Shown here: piece after piece, positions 52,780-61,887 of the stretch
Layout: each line of letters starts with the position of its first letter
Numbering within the stretch: position 1 is the first letter of the stretch
DNA from: a virus
Length of the DNA: 64,000 nucleotides
IMG/VR virus record: IMGVR_UViG_3300045988_138690
Location: 4,322-68,321 of that record
Reading direction: 5' to 3' (one strand)
The notes under the pieces: model-generated
What the model was told of the DNA's origin: nothing
The model's database searches: none
The model's input: only the letters and a program-made list of their open reading frames with translations
Made by a program: the position numbers and the translations under genes

Positions 52780-53229
52780 TCATATAAGTTTTAACGCTTC
52801 TTGCAAACCTGCTTCAAGTGCTTCCTCGTAGGTACCCCATTTCCCTCCATCGTTTGTTCTTTTATAAGTAGAACAGGCTATATGAGTTCCATTGTCAGCT
52901 TTAGATATTTCGTATCCATAGCCATAGCCATAAGCACAGTTATATACACATATATGCAGGTTCTTGGTTTCACGCAGCCACTTTTGAGCGACAGACTGAG
53001 GAGGAGATGATATTAAATAGGTTGATAAATTACAATGAAGGCAAGTGCCGTTACAGAAGAGATACTTCTCACATAATTCTGGAACAGGCAATGTGTTGTA
53101 ATACATTTTAATCCTATCGCCATCTTTATACAATGTACCATCGTTTTTATAAGCGTATAATGTTCTTTCATCAAATCCTTTTTCTTTCAGCAGCTTCGCT
53201 GTCTCTAATGTTACAAGTTCTTCGGTCAT
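52780..53229 (-). CDS. Hypothetical protein (149 aa)
   Basis: ORF in the early string. Confidence 0.55.
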   Translation of the reverse strand: MTEELVTLETAKLLKEKGFDERTLYAYKNDGTLYKDGDRIKMYYNTLPVPELCEKYLFCNGTCLHCNLSTYLISSPPQSVAQKWLRETKNLHICVYNCAYGYGYGYEISKADNGTHIACSTYKRTNDGGKWGTYEEALEAGLQEALKLI

Positions 53230-53231
53230 AG

Positions 53232-53663
53232 TTATTCCTCCATTTCTTTAAAGTGTTCAATCAGTTCGTTTACGGAAGCCTTATGCCATTTAAGAGATAC
53301 TTCTAATATACTGTCATAGTCTTTATTATAAACCCAAACTCCTTCAGGTGAAATAAACCATTGAAACTTATCGGTATCATCCCTCAATGCAGAGATAGCT
53401 AAGAAAAGTTCTTCGTTGGTTCCGCAATCAATTCTTCCTTCTTTGGTGATAGTATCTGCATCATATACCACTCCATATAAATTACCATAAGACGTTGTGA
53501 TAGCCTTTCCCTCTTCGATACTTTTATGACTTCCCTTGCCGTCATAATTATGTGCATCTAAAGTTGCATCACCAAAATTAAGAATTTCATATCCCAATTT
53601 TTCCAGCTTCTTCCGAAGTTCCTGTGTATTTTTGAGTATAAAGCACGGTGTTGTAAATTTCAT
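53232..53663 (-). CDS. Hypothetical protein (143 aa)
   Basis: ORF in the early string. Confidence 0.55.
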   Translation of the reverse strand: MKFTTPCFILKNTQELRKKLEKLGYEILNFGDATLDAHNYDGKGSHKSIEEGKAITTSYGNLYGVVYDADTITKEGRIDCGTNEELFLAISALRDDTDKFQWFISPEGVWVYNKDYDSILEVSLKWHKASVNELIEHFKEMEE

Positions 53664-53672
53664 AATTCCTCC

Positions 53673-53897
53673 TTATTTATTTTTGATTATTTCTCCAACA
53701 TTTTTAGGTGTTTCACGACAAGATGTAATAGTCACTTTGCCACGATTGATAAAACAGCTACAGTCAAACAAATCCATACATACTTGGTAATCCATCTCTT
53801 CACATTTCTCGTGTAGAGAGCATAAATCGCAACAAGTATATTGATGCACTGCTTCATGCAGTACTCCGTCTATTATTATTCCGTTCTTTATTTCCAT
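53673..53897 (-). CDS. Cys-rich small protein (74 aa)
   Basis: Eight Cys residues, so a possible zinc binder. Confidence 0.5.
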   Translation of the reverse strand: MEIKNGIIIDGVLHEAVHQYTCCDLCSLHEKCEEMDYQVCMDLFDCSCFINRGKVTITSCRETPKNVGEIIKNK

Positions 53898-53899
53898 CG

Positions 53900-54211
53900 T
53901 TATTCTCCTTTCAGTTTCTTTATTAGTGCATCAGCGAAACCAATACTCCATTCTGCCACCATATTTGAATCAGCATCCATTATCTGTTGATGTGAATTAC
54001 CACAAAATCCTTGCATAGCAGATTTAGCCAGTTCATAACGTCTTTGTTCCCAATCAATTACTAAATTCCCAACATTCAAAAAGTCTAGTTCGTATTCTCT
54101 GAAAACCATATTATCGCATACATATAGGTTATCTCCGCTATGTTGCGCGTTGATATTTACTTTTGGAATTACATCTATCGTAACTCCGGTTGCTCTCACT
54201 CTTGCTTTCAT
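53900..54211 (-). CDS. Hypothetical protein (103 aa)
   Basis: ORF in the early string. Confidence 0.5.
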   Translation of the reverse strand: MKARVRATGVTIDVIPKVNINAQHSGDNLYVCDNMVFREYELDFLNVGNLVIDWEQRRYELAKSAMQGFCGNSHQQIMDADSNMVAEWSIGFADALIKKLKGE

Positions 54212-54618
54212 TATTCACCCTCCTTTTTAATATATCCATTTTCAATACACCAGCACAGCATATAGTAGGATGCGTCAATGAGTTCTTTACTCTCTGTCAT
54301 ATTTAATATAGAACGTGAATAAGGTTCCATATATAAACATGTATAGCTATTTTCAAGCTTCTGTAAGGTTAGTACATGTGTGCCAATAAAACAAGGCTGC
54401 TTGTCTAAAATGTCCTGCAAGGTGTAAGCTGGATATTCATGTTTCATATTTGACTGACTTACAAAAATGTAAGGTTCTTCCTCTATTTCATCAGTTCCAT
54501 TGATTATAGCATCGGCAGTAGGTAAATACTGCCAGTGCATACTTGCATCGCTCGTATCTAAAGAGAGTTCCTGCAAGTGCTTCATCTGATCTATTGATAA
54601 TACTTGTTTTGATTTCAT
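54211..54618 (-). CDS. Hypothetical protein (135 aa from MKSKQVL)
   Basis: The internal ATG forms an ATGA overlap with the upstream mini-ORF. Confidence 0.5.
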   Translation of the reverse strand: MKSKQVLSIDQMKHLQELSLDTSDASMHWQYLPTADAIINGTDEIEEEPYIFVSQSNMKHEYPAYTLQDILDKQPCFIGTHVLTLQKLENSYTCLYMEPYSRSILNMTESKELIDASYYMLCWCIENGYIKKEGE

Positions 54619-54761
54619 AATTCGTAAGATAAAATTACAGCCGTTAATGCAATGAAAATGATTGCTACTATCAAGAAGATAGATAGACATCCCTTTTCGT
54701 ATTCTTCATCTTCCGATGGTGTGTTTTCGTTATACCAATCTAATGGATGCTTTAATTTCAT
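54615..54761 (-). CDS. Small tail-anchored membrane peptide (48 aa)
   Basis: MKLKHPLDWYNENTPSEDEEYEKGCLSIFLIVAIIFIALTAVILSYEL. Below the track cutoff. Confidence 0.3.
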   Translation of the reverse strand: MKLKHPLDWYNENTPSEDEEYEKGCLSIFLIVAIIFIALTAVILSYEL

Positions 54762-54763
54762 AT

Positions 54764-54949
54764 CTAATCTCCTTTCTCCTCAATATATTTTTCTGTAAAC
54801 TTGATAATTGTCTCTAAGAAAATACGGGTTGCATTATCAGATATAATACATCTACCACCGCTGTTCCCAATCTCATGCCTTTGGATTGAAAAGAACGCAT
54901 ACTCCTTTTTAGTGAGCGCGTACCATGCTACTTTTATTCGTTCAATCAT
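54764..54949 (-). CDS. Hypothetical protein (61 aa)
   Basis: ORF in the early string. Confidence 0.45.
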   Translation of the reverse strand: MIERIKVAWYALTKKEYAFFSIQRHEIGNSGGRCIISDNATRIFLETIIKFTEKYIEEKGD

Positions 54950-54952
54950 GTG

Positions 54953-55315
54953 TTAATCTCCTTTTTCTTTAATCCGTTCCAGTACATCCTTGTTGGTTTC
55001 AAGTATCTCATCAAAAGAGGGAATGGGCATCCAGGCAATTTCTTCATAATACATAGCTAATTTTGTTGCCCAATCTCCATTTTCATAGTAATTTTCCGAT
55101 ATAAAATATCCACCATTATGTTTCATCCTATTAAGAACTAATACTTTATTTTTAGTTTCCGGCAACCGTTCCTTAACGCTTATCCAAGGGGATTGCTTTG
55201 CCTGCCATTCGACACCAGCTTTGAAGTCTTTTTCGCTTTGCCACATATCTGGTTGAGAGTTCCATGCCCATTGCGAAGAGTACTCTCTTGCCGCTTCTTC
55301 TAATGTCTGTTTCAT
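54953..55315 (-). CDS. DUF551-like protein
   Basis: The WISVKERLPE motif is typical of DUF551 phage proteins. Confidence 0.5.
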   Translation of the reverse strand: MKQTLEEAAREYSSQWAWNSQPDMWQSEKDFKAGVEWQAKQSPWISVKERLPETKNKVLVLNRMKHNGGYFISENYYENGDWATKLAMYYEEIAWMPIPSFDEILETNKDVLERIKEKGD

Positions 55316-55317
55316 AA

Positions 55318-55476
55318 TCAATTATCTTCTACTATTACAGTTTCTATCCTTTCATGTTTAGGGTTGTTACCTTTTAATAGGTCTCTTTTTATCCTATCGG
55401 CAATACGTTCATTACAAATGGTATTCTTATCCTCGTAATCGTAAGAAATTATAATGGTTATTTTCTTCTGTTTCAT
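55318..55476 (-). CDS. Hypothetical small protein (52 aa)
   Basis: MKQKKITIIISYDYEDKNTICNERIADRIKRDLLKGNNPKHERIETVIVEDN. Below the track cutoff. Confidence 0.3.
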   Translation of the reverse strand: MKQKKITIIISYDYEDKNTICNERIADRIKRDLLKGNNPKHERIETVIVEDN

Positions 55477-55816
55477 AGCTTATTTCTTTTTCTTGATTTA
55501 ACCTTAATAGGATTACTCTTTGTTCCGGTACCGAACCACTCCAAACGGTAGCCATGTATCCGGAGCCAATATTTAAAATATGATATAGTTGTTTGTTTTA
55601 TAAAAAAATTGTTTTAATAAGAGCACACCCGAATAATGATAAAGTGTCGAATTTTAAAATTATTGCAGAAATGGATGTGCCCTTTGATTATTATTAGTTT
55701 AATTTATTCGTACATACTTACCTGCTATATCACACGCTTTCAGCACTTCTGCATTTTCTTCTCCAAAAACGATAAAATAATCTATTTTTAGATTTTAGGT
55801 TCATTTCTGTATTGAA

Positions 55817-56572
55817 TTATACAAATAATGATTGTTGCACACGTGATAACACTAATCTATTAGCTTCACGAAAAAAATCTTTTTTAATTTCAAATCCGTA
55901 TGCTTTACGCCCCAACTGAGCGGCAGCCAACAAAGTAGAGCCACTTCCTGCACATGGGTCAATCACTACATCTCCTTTATCGGTGAATATCTCTATCAGT
56001 CTACGAAGCAAGGGAACCGGCTTCTGTGTCGGATGTATTTTGGGAGTTTCATTATCCCTTACCCAGTCGAAGCAGTTAAATATCATCCGCCCGTCATTGT
56101 TGAACTTGGGCAACTTATCTCGGTATAACAGCAAGCCATATTCACAATTACCGACAATTTTCATATTAGCCTTTAATACCTGCGCGGAAAAATCCTTTCG
56201 GAAAACAAGGTTAATGTAGTTATTTAACCCGTATCTCTTGCCAAGTTCAATATATCTAAACTGATCCTCAAACTCACAAAAAATAATCATGCAAGGTGCT
56301 TTGCCTTTTTCTTTTGGCTCTTTTACCAGCATTTGGCTACAGAAGTGAATAAACTCTGCCGGACGGAAATCTTTGTCCGTATCGAAAAACTCTTTTCCGG
56401 CTTTATCGCTCTCACCGTTCTTATTATCTCCATCTACATACCATGATGGGTTAGAGGCATAGGCATTATTTCCAAGATTGTAGGGAACATCGGCTATAAT
56501 AAGCTGGGCTTTGGGTATTTGATACCTTTTGAAATTTTGGAAGTGATCATTATATAATTCTATGTCTTTCAT
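55817..56572 (-). CDS. DNA methyltransferase (N6-A/N4-C, beta class), no cognate nuclease seen
   Basis: Motif IV IIADVPYNLG is N-terminal and motif I VIDPCAGSGSTLLAA is C-terminal. Confidence 0.8.
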   Translation of the reverse strand: MKDIELYNDHFQNFKRYQIPKAQLIIADVPYNLGNNAYASNPSWYVDGDNKNGESDKAGKEFFDTDKDFRPAEFIHFCSQMLVKEPKEKGKAPCMIIFCEFEDQFRYIELGKRYGLNNYINLVFRKDFSAQVLKANMKIVGNCEYGLLLYRDKLPKFNNDGRMIFNCFDWVRDNETPKIHPTQKPVPLLRRLIEIFTDKGDVVIDPCAGSGSTLLAAAQLGRKAYGFEIKKDFFREANRLVLSRVQQSLFV

Positions 56573-56913
56573 GGCTTCACCTCCTTCGGTTTCCAGTCAG
56601 CAGACAACTTCGCCCATACGCGGAACTTGCTGTCAAAATCATCCAAATCCCTGAACATATCCATCTTTGACTTGTCGGTTTCAACAAGAGATGCAAATTC
56701 CCTGAAATACATGTCAGCGCTCCTGACAAAATTATTGTGAAGTCTCTTCAGGTTCCCAAGGAGCAATCCCTTGGATTTCATTAGGTCTGACGCTTCCTCC
56801 GACAACATATTAGCTTCACAGTTCAAGATGTGCGCTGCCGAAAGAAGGCTGTTCAGACGGTTCATGCTGCCATCAGCTTCGGCAGCTTGTATCAAATCTT
56901 TCTTTGGTTTCAT
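56569..56913 (-). CDS. Hypothetical protein (114 aa)
   Basis: ORF in the early string. Confidence 0.5.
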   Translation of the reverse strand: MKPKKDLIQAAEADGSMNRLNSLLSAAHILNCEANMLSEEASDLMKSKGLLLGNLKRLHNNFVRSADMYFREFASLVETDKSKMDMFRDLDDFDSKFRVWAKLSADWKPKEVKP

Positions 56914-56926
56914 AATCGTGTATAAA

Positions 56927-57115
56927 TTACTTTTTTCTTATCTGTAAAAATCCGCGTTTCTCACATTCACGCAGCAACTCCATATCTTCGTCCTTTATAT
57001 CACATGGTGTTTCATGGTTGACGCTCATATAGTCTGATATCCCGAATTTTCGGCATATATCGTGATAGAAACGTTTGTTTCGGCCTCTTGCAGTCCAACA
57101 TACTGTTAGCTTCAT
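56927..57115 (-). CDS. Hypothetical protein (62 aa)
   Basis: ORF in the early string. Confidence 0.45.
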   Translation of the reverse strand: MKLTVCWTARGRNKRFYHDICRKFGISDYMSVNHETPCDIKDEDMELLRECEKRGFLQIRKK

Positions 57116-57930
57116 ATTGAAAACAAATTAAGGAATTTGTTCACAAAGAAAACTTGTCCTTTGCCTGTTATTTTAGTAGTCAGTGTAGTATGTAAAACCC
57201 CGTTATTTCCGGAACGCACGCCTTTTTTGATTACAAATAACCCTTGTTCGATATACTTCTGATTAGGTACATTATACCTTTCTCCATGTTTGCCTAAATA
57301 TCCGTTTTCACGCATCCAAGCAAACAATTTCTTTTCACCTATATTGTATCCATTCTGCGCAATGAGCTTTGCAAGCTCTCCGATAAGGCATGAACTTTCC
57401 GCCCCTCTAAAAGCGTTTGTAAATGTTACGGCTGGTTTTGTTTCTTCAATTATGTTTTTGTTTTGTTCTTTGAGGATTTGATTTTCACAAGCTATCCTTT
57501 GCTTTTCCTCGCGTTCGCTCTTTAACTGTGTGGCAAGGCTGATAACAAGGTCTGGGTTGTTTATCATTTGTTCAAGCGTCGGCTGCGTAGCGGTCATGCC
57601 GTATTGAAGTAACTCTTTGATGCGCTTATTACACCATATAGCAAAAGCCGGGCTTAGCCAACGGGCAAACTCTAAGGCTACATCTTCGTGCATCCATGTG
57701 CCTTGTTCATTATTTCCTCCTTTAACTACTTGAATTAGTGCCGATATGGGAATATGCATATCGGCTGAGAGTGCTTCTGCAAACTCGGTAGTAGTTTTCA
57801 GCCTAAGCCAATCACCTACCAATTTTCCGAACGGTTTAGCCATTTCGGTTGCATTCACCATTACGTTATCTCCTTTTGAAAAATGAATTATAGTTCCGTT
57901 GTAATCGAATTTAATAATTGAAGTGTTCAT
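57112..57930 (-). CDS. KilA-N / KilAC (antirepressor-type) protein
   Basis: N-terminal VMVNATEMAKPFGKLVGDWLRLKTTTEF (KilA-N-like) and C-terminal LIGELAKLIAQNGYNIGEKKLFAWMRENGYL (KilAC/ANT-like). Confidence 0.7.
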   Translation of the reverse strand: MNTSIIKFDYNGTIIHFSKGDNVMVNATEMAKPFGKLVGDWLRLKTTTEFAEALSADMHIPISALIQVVKGGNNEQGTWMHEDVALEFARWLSPAFAIWCNKRIKELLQYGMTATQPTLEQMINNPDLVISLATQLKSEREEKQRIACENQILKEQNKNIIEETKPAVTFTNAFRGAESSCLIGELAKLIAQNGYNIGEKKLFAWMRENGYLGKHGERYNVPNQKYIEQGLFVIKKGVRSGNNGVLHTTLTTKITGKGQVFFVNKFLNLFSI

Positions 57931-58043
57931 AATATTTAATTTTTTAGATTTTACTCAATAGAAAAGTTTCTCTCCCTTTTTCCGGAAAGTGAGGTAGCCC
58001 GATAAAAGGCTACCCAACACGATAAGTATTTCAATCATGGCTG

Positions 58044-58676
58044 TTATTTCTTGACTATTCCCGTTCTTCTGTATTCATCCCACTTGTCATACTGCTTCGT
58101 TTCGACAAGATAGTGGAAGCATGAGCACTTGAGTTCTATTTCCCTGCGTTCGCTCCACCTTGTCCATTTGAGCATTTCTTTCGTGAACTGCAGTTCTTTT
58201 TCAAGCATTGCGATTTTCCGTTTGTCGGCTGCGCTTGACTTGGCAACCTTTGGTACAATCTCATTCACCTTGTGAAATACTTCACGATATACATCAAATA
58301 CGGGGCGAACCTTGCGGGCAATGAAGAACTCCATGCAGGGTAAGGAGAGGTAGCAATCGTATTTTACTCCGTTTACTAAGTTTTTGACTGTTACCACCTT
58401 CGCATTTTGGCAAAGGTAAAAATCAACACCTTCAATAAAACTATTTTTCAATTCTCGGAAAGCATCTCCTTTTCTTGTGTACACAAGCGGATAAACCGAA
58501 TCAAGATTTACCGGAAATTCTTCTTTTGATTTTGATAATTCAAGCACCGCCATGAAGTAGCGTTTGATTTCGCTTGTGGTACTTAGTAGAGATAACGATA
58601 CAGTTGTCGCACTGTTAGGCGCAAAGAGGGGCATACTATTGTTCTGCTCAACTCTGATTTCATTGTACTTTGGCAT
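58044..58676 (-). CDS. Hypothetical protein (210 aa)
   Basis: ORF in the early string. Confidence 0.55.
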   Translation of the reverse strand: MPKYNEIRVEQNNSMPLFAPNSATTVSLSLLSTTSEIKRYFMAVLELSKSKEEFPVNLDSVYPLVYTRKGDAFRELKNSFIEGVDFYLCQNAKVVTVKNLVNGVKYDCYLSLPCMEFFIARKVRPVFDVYREVFHKVNEIVPKVAKSSAADKRKIAMLEKELQFTKEMLKWTRWSERREIELKCSCFHYLVETKQYDKWDEYRRTGIVKK

Positions 58677-58916
58677 TTGATAAATGAAATTTGAGTTATA
58701 GATATAAAGAAAGCCGTTAGCTTCCCTTTACTCGCCAAAGTACGACTATAATAGTTTCCAATTACAGCCTATCAAGGAAGTCTAACGGCTTATATCTTTG
58801 CGATATAGCAGTCAAAACGACATAAAATATGCCGTAATCAGAATACTATACATATCATACTTTGGCGAAGTATGCCGCAAAGATACTAACTCAAATCAAA
58901 ATGCCAAAGGAAAAGC

Positions 58917-59558
58917 CTATTTTTTATCAAACTTATGCAACCTGTTATACTTGTAATTCCCTATCTCGAATCTATTCTCAAAGAATATGTTGTTTATCTC
59001 GCACATCTTCATGTAATCGGCATTGGCGTATAAATCTCCTCCTGCCATTTTCGCAAAAAGAATTTCCTTGTATTCTTCACGTGATATGTTTTCAGATGTA
59101 TTATGCTCAATCTTTACATCATTGAAAGAATGTATTATTTCGTCACGCTCTCTATCGTAAGTAGCAAACCAGTTCATTATTACAGAACCGTCAATGCGAC
59201 CGTAAAACTTACCGTATGCCGAATTTTCACGTGCACGTTTAAAGCAAAGACATACATCTTCAATGCGGAAATAGTAGTATTTTTCAAGAATAGAGTTAAC
59301 GACGGAAGCGACTTGATAATCATTCATATCTTCCCTCGTTCTTCCATAAAACAAAAGTGTGCCTTCTATGAACTTGACAAGAACTGCCTTTATGCAATCA
59401 GAGTTAGCGGATTTCCATTGTGACAGCTGGATTGGCGGAGAATTAATCGCTTGTTTAATGGTTGTTATCTCGCTACTGATGTTCTTGCAGATAGCTATCA
59501 GCTGCTTGGAAGATAGAACCGCTATTTCCTTGCTTGTTAGTGTAATTTCTGTTCCCAT
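58917..59558 (-). CDS. Hypothetical protein (213 aa)
   Basis: ORF that overlaps the upstream gene by 86 nt, so the start is uncertain. Confidence 0.5.
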   Translation of the reverse strand: MGTEITLTSKEIAVLSSKQLIAICKNISSEITTIKQAINSPPIQLSQWKSANSDCIKAVLVKFIEGTLLFYGRTREDMNDYQVASVVNSILEKYYYFRIEDVCLCFKRARENSAYGKFYGRIDGSVIMNWFATYDRERDEIIHSFNDVKIEHNTSENISREEYKEILFAKMAGGDLYANADYMKMCEINNIFFENRFEIGNYKYNRLHKFDKK

Positions 59559-59895
59559 TATTTCTAAAGCTATTATTACTCCAGCGCGCTAATCTCTTAC
59601 TAACTTCAAATGTCTTTTCTTTCTCGAACCTCATTTTCCGTCCCCCGCATTCAGACCAGTATTCATAAAATTCAATCAGCATATGATCAGGATATTGACC
59701 TTGATAAAAAAGCACTTCATCCTTAAACTTCTCCTTCCTTTCATCTATATTCTTTAATCCTGAAATTTTATTATTATAGCTAAACCCTGCTAAGAAAGCT
59801 TCCTCTAAAGACTTATCTTTATTGTTGCACGCCCATTCATGGGCTATTCTATCTATCTCCATAAAATCTAATTTTTTATAATTCAACTTCCTCAA
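59473..59895 (-). CDS. Hypothetical protein (140 aa)
   Basis: ORF in the early string. Confidence 0.5.
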   Translation of the reverse strand: MRKLNYKKLDFMEIDRIAHEWACNNKDKSLEEAFLAGFSYNNKISGLKNIDERKEKFKDEVLFYQGQYPDHMLIEFYEYWSECGGRKMRFEKEKTFEVSKRLARWSNNSFRNNGNRNYTNKQGNSGSIFQAADSYLQEHQ

Positions 59896-60241
59896 TTACA
59901 AATTCTATTCTTGGATTGAGTTTGTCAACCAATTTGCGCGCATGTATTTCTACACATTGACGGTCATTCTTTATTGCTTTACACGATTGAAGACAATCAA
60001 GTAAAATTTTAAAAGCATTGTCAAGATCAGGACGCAAGTTTTCGTGGTACACATCTACGTTTATCTTGAAGAACCCTTTTATTTTTTTGTCTCGAATGCC
60101 GCATTGTACATAAAAAGTTTTTTCGTACTCTTTAAGAACTTTCTGCTTAGCCAAAGAACCATGACCGTACAATGTAACAATCTTGTAACAATTGGATTTA
60201 CTCGGTATCTTCCCCCTTATTATCTGTTTATCATATATCAT
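59876..60241 (-). CDS. rusA: RusA-like Holliday junction resolvase
   Basis: 121 aa. RPDLDNAFKILLDCLQ matches the RusA D-x-D-N...K...D signature. Confidence 0.65.
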   Translation of the reverse strand: MIYDKQIIRGKIPSKSNCYKIVTLYGHGSLAKQKVLKEYEKTFYVQCGIRDKKIKGFFKINVDVYHENLRPDLDNAFKILLDCLQSCKAIKNDRQCVEIHARKLVDKLNPRIEFVIEEVEL

Positions 60242-60423
60242 ATATATTTTATTTTCAATTCAACATTCACAGGTTTGTCTTTCATCGTAGAGAAAGCATC
60301 AAGCAGCTTATCCTTGATTGTTTCCAAAGGTTTTGTTAGGATATGGCTCTCTATCACTGTAAGCGGTAGTTTTTTACCGCTGTATGTAATGAGAGCCATA
60401 GAGGTGATTACGTATGGTTTCAT
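60238..60423 (-). CDS. Hypothetical protein (61 aa)
   Basis: ORF with ATGA start/stop coupling. Confidence 0.45.
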   Translation of the reverse strand: MKPYVITSMALITYSGKKLPLTVIESHILTKPLETIKDKLLDAFSTMKDKPVNVELKIKYI

Positions 60424-60584
60424 GTATTGTAAAATTTCTTTGCCTGCCTTGCAATCTTTTTGTTTAGCTTACTTAGCATCTCATACTGTTTGCTGTCACT
60501 GCCTGCATTACGAATATCACGCTTTCGGTCTATCACAAATTTTTGAATGATTGCAATTTCGGTTTTGGTTAATGTAAGTCTCAT
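60420..60584 (-). CDS. Hypothetical small protein (54 aa)
   Basis: MRLTLTKTEIAIIQKF... has an N-terminus similar to the 61291-61488 product (MKLTLTKQEALLLQKL). Below the track cutoff. Confidence 0.35.
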   Translation of the reverse strand: MRLTLTKTEIAIIQKFVIDRKRDIRNAGSDSKQYEMLSKLNKKIARQAKKFYNT

Positions 60585-60600
60585 GGTAAATATATTTAGA

Positions 60601-60625
60601 GGAGAAGTCCCGAATCGAACGGGAC
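60601..60625 (-). other. tRNA 3'-half-like segment (T-arm plus acceptor 3' strand)
   Basis: The minus strand reads TCCCG-TTCGATT-CGGGA-CTTCTCC. No matching 5' half, D arm or anticodon arm lies within tRNA distance. Confidence 0.5.
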
Positions 60626-60654
60626 GCGCTGTTTTGCTGGAATTATTGAAACTG

Positions 60655-60885
60655 AATATAAACTAACTTTAAATAATCATGGCAAATCACACTATGTCAT
60701 TCCAATACTTTCAGCGTTACCATATTCTCCATGTTCTCGTCAGTTCCCGTATACAGTGCCATTGGCGTAACCCTGATTGGGCTTGACGGAAGAGAACAAA
60801 AACTACCTCATACAAGGCTATTGTTCCCGGATAGGCGGTCAATCCACACCGGGATAGTCAACATTGGGATAAAATATAAACTAAC
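60655..60885. repeat. 13-bp direct repeat AATATAAACTAAC bounding about 200 bp of non-coding DNA
   Basis: Exact copies at 60655-60667 and 60873-60885. Confidence 0.7.
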
Positions 60886-60929
60886 CTGAACCTTTCACAG
60901 GACTTCTACATCAGTAGAGGGCTTTTGGT

Positions 60930-61331
60930 TTATTTTATTAAGTCTAAAATCTTTGTTTTGGCAATAGCATCCAGCTTCATGTCTTGAAGCCCCTGCTTCA
61001 TGTATTCCGCCGCCTTTTTGTTGGCATCATCCATGTTCTTTGCCGCTATGAGAACGTAATATTTATTCTCTTTTTCTTTCCCGTTGTCGTCAACAAAAAC
61101 TTCAACAAGGGTTATCTTATAAAAGAACTCATCATCCTGCTTTTCATTGACAATCTCACGTATCTTGCTACGGCTGATTGCGAAAACGTCACAATTACCG
61201 TTGTATAGTTCATTGCCTTTTAGTTCGACATGACCGAAAAGTTCATCATCGGTAATATATTGTTCGGTGACTTCTTTTTCATCGCCTTTGTTATTGGTCT
61301 TGTTGACCTTCAGCTTTAGTTCGTAGTACAT
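60930..61331 (-). CDS. Hypothetical protein (133 aa)
   Basis: ORF in the early string. Confidence 0.55.
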   Translation of the reverse strand: MYYELKLKVNKTNNKGDEKEVTEQYITDDELFGHVELKGNELYNGNCDVFAISRSKIREIVNEKQDDEFFYKITLVEVFVDDNGKEKENKYYVLIAAKNMDDANKKAAEYMKQGLQDMKLDAIAKTKILDLIK

Positions 61332-61488
61332 TATTGTTCTGTTTTAAAATTTGTCTTTTGATTTTCTTGCTAAGCTTCCCGACAAAACGTCCATGCTTCT
61401 CCGTCGTTCCATCGGGCAGGCATTCCTTGTAGGAGTAAAGTAGCTTTTGCAGGAGAAGCGCTTCCTGTTTTGTGAGGGTGAGTTTCAT
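61291..61488 (-). CDS. Hypothetical protein (65 aa)
   Basis: ORF in the early string. Confidence 0.4.
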   Translation of the reverse strand: MKLTLTKQEALLLQKLLYSYKECLPDGTTEKHGRFVGKLSKKIKRQILKQNNNVLRTKAEGQQDQ

Positions 61489-61506
61489 TGGATTAAACCT
61501 TATAAG

Positions 61507-61887
61507 TTAAAATGGCAGTTGGTCGTCATCTTCAATTTGCGCAGCCGGAGCTTCCACGGCAGCAGCCGCATTGCTTGAACCCTCAAACTCATAAGGCTTG
61601 AAGTCTCCAAGATAAACCTTTGACTTGGTTTCCGCTTCCGTCTTGTTCGCATCCCTGTATTGCTTTGATAAAAACTGCTTGCAATAATGCGTCTTACCAA
61701 ACTGGCTCGGTTCTCTTCGCTCGTTGATGTTTAGCCCAAGATATACGGACTTCGCTTTCAGATTTTCGTCCATGCTTACATACAAGTCATTTTCCTCTAT
61801 CGGGATGACAATACACTTTTTGTTTTTGATTGTTGCTATGCCTGTCTTTTCAAGCTTCAGCAAATCTATGCTTCCGGTTAAATTCAT
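61507..61887 (-). CDS. SSB-like protein with an acidic C-terminal tip
   Basis: The sequence ends ...QIEDDDQLPF, like the DDDIPF partner-binding tip of bacterial SSBs. It is adjacent to the exonuclease/annealase pair. Confidence 0.45.
   Translation of the reverse strand: MNLTGSIDLLKLEKTGIATIKNKKCIVIPIEENDLYVSMDENLKAKSVYLGLNINERREPSQFGKTHYCKQFLSKQYRDANKTEAETKSKVYLGDFKPYEFEGSSNAAAAVEAPAAQIEDDDQLPF

Noticed and set aside
59473-59558. 86-nt overlap of ORFs 58917-59558 and 59473-59895 as a programmed frameshift
   Set aside because: No slippery heptamer or homopolymer was seen in the overlap. A non-ATG internal start for the downstream gene is an equally good explanation. There is not enough evidence either way.
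60900-60925. Hammerhead ribozyme core (CUGAUG...GAAA on the minus strand)
   Set aside because: The seventh core nucleotide is U instead of A. The flanking stems required for a hammerhead could not be drawn.
60586-60929. Phage-encoded tmRNA
   Set aside because: The size and the T-arm plus acceptor 3' end were suggestive. However, the best 5' partner (GTAGAAG at 60904-60910) has a mismatch and no G-U at position 3. No tag-like reading frame ending in a hydrophobic ...LAA-type sequence was found.
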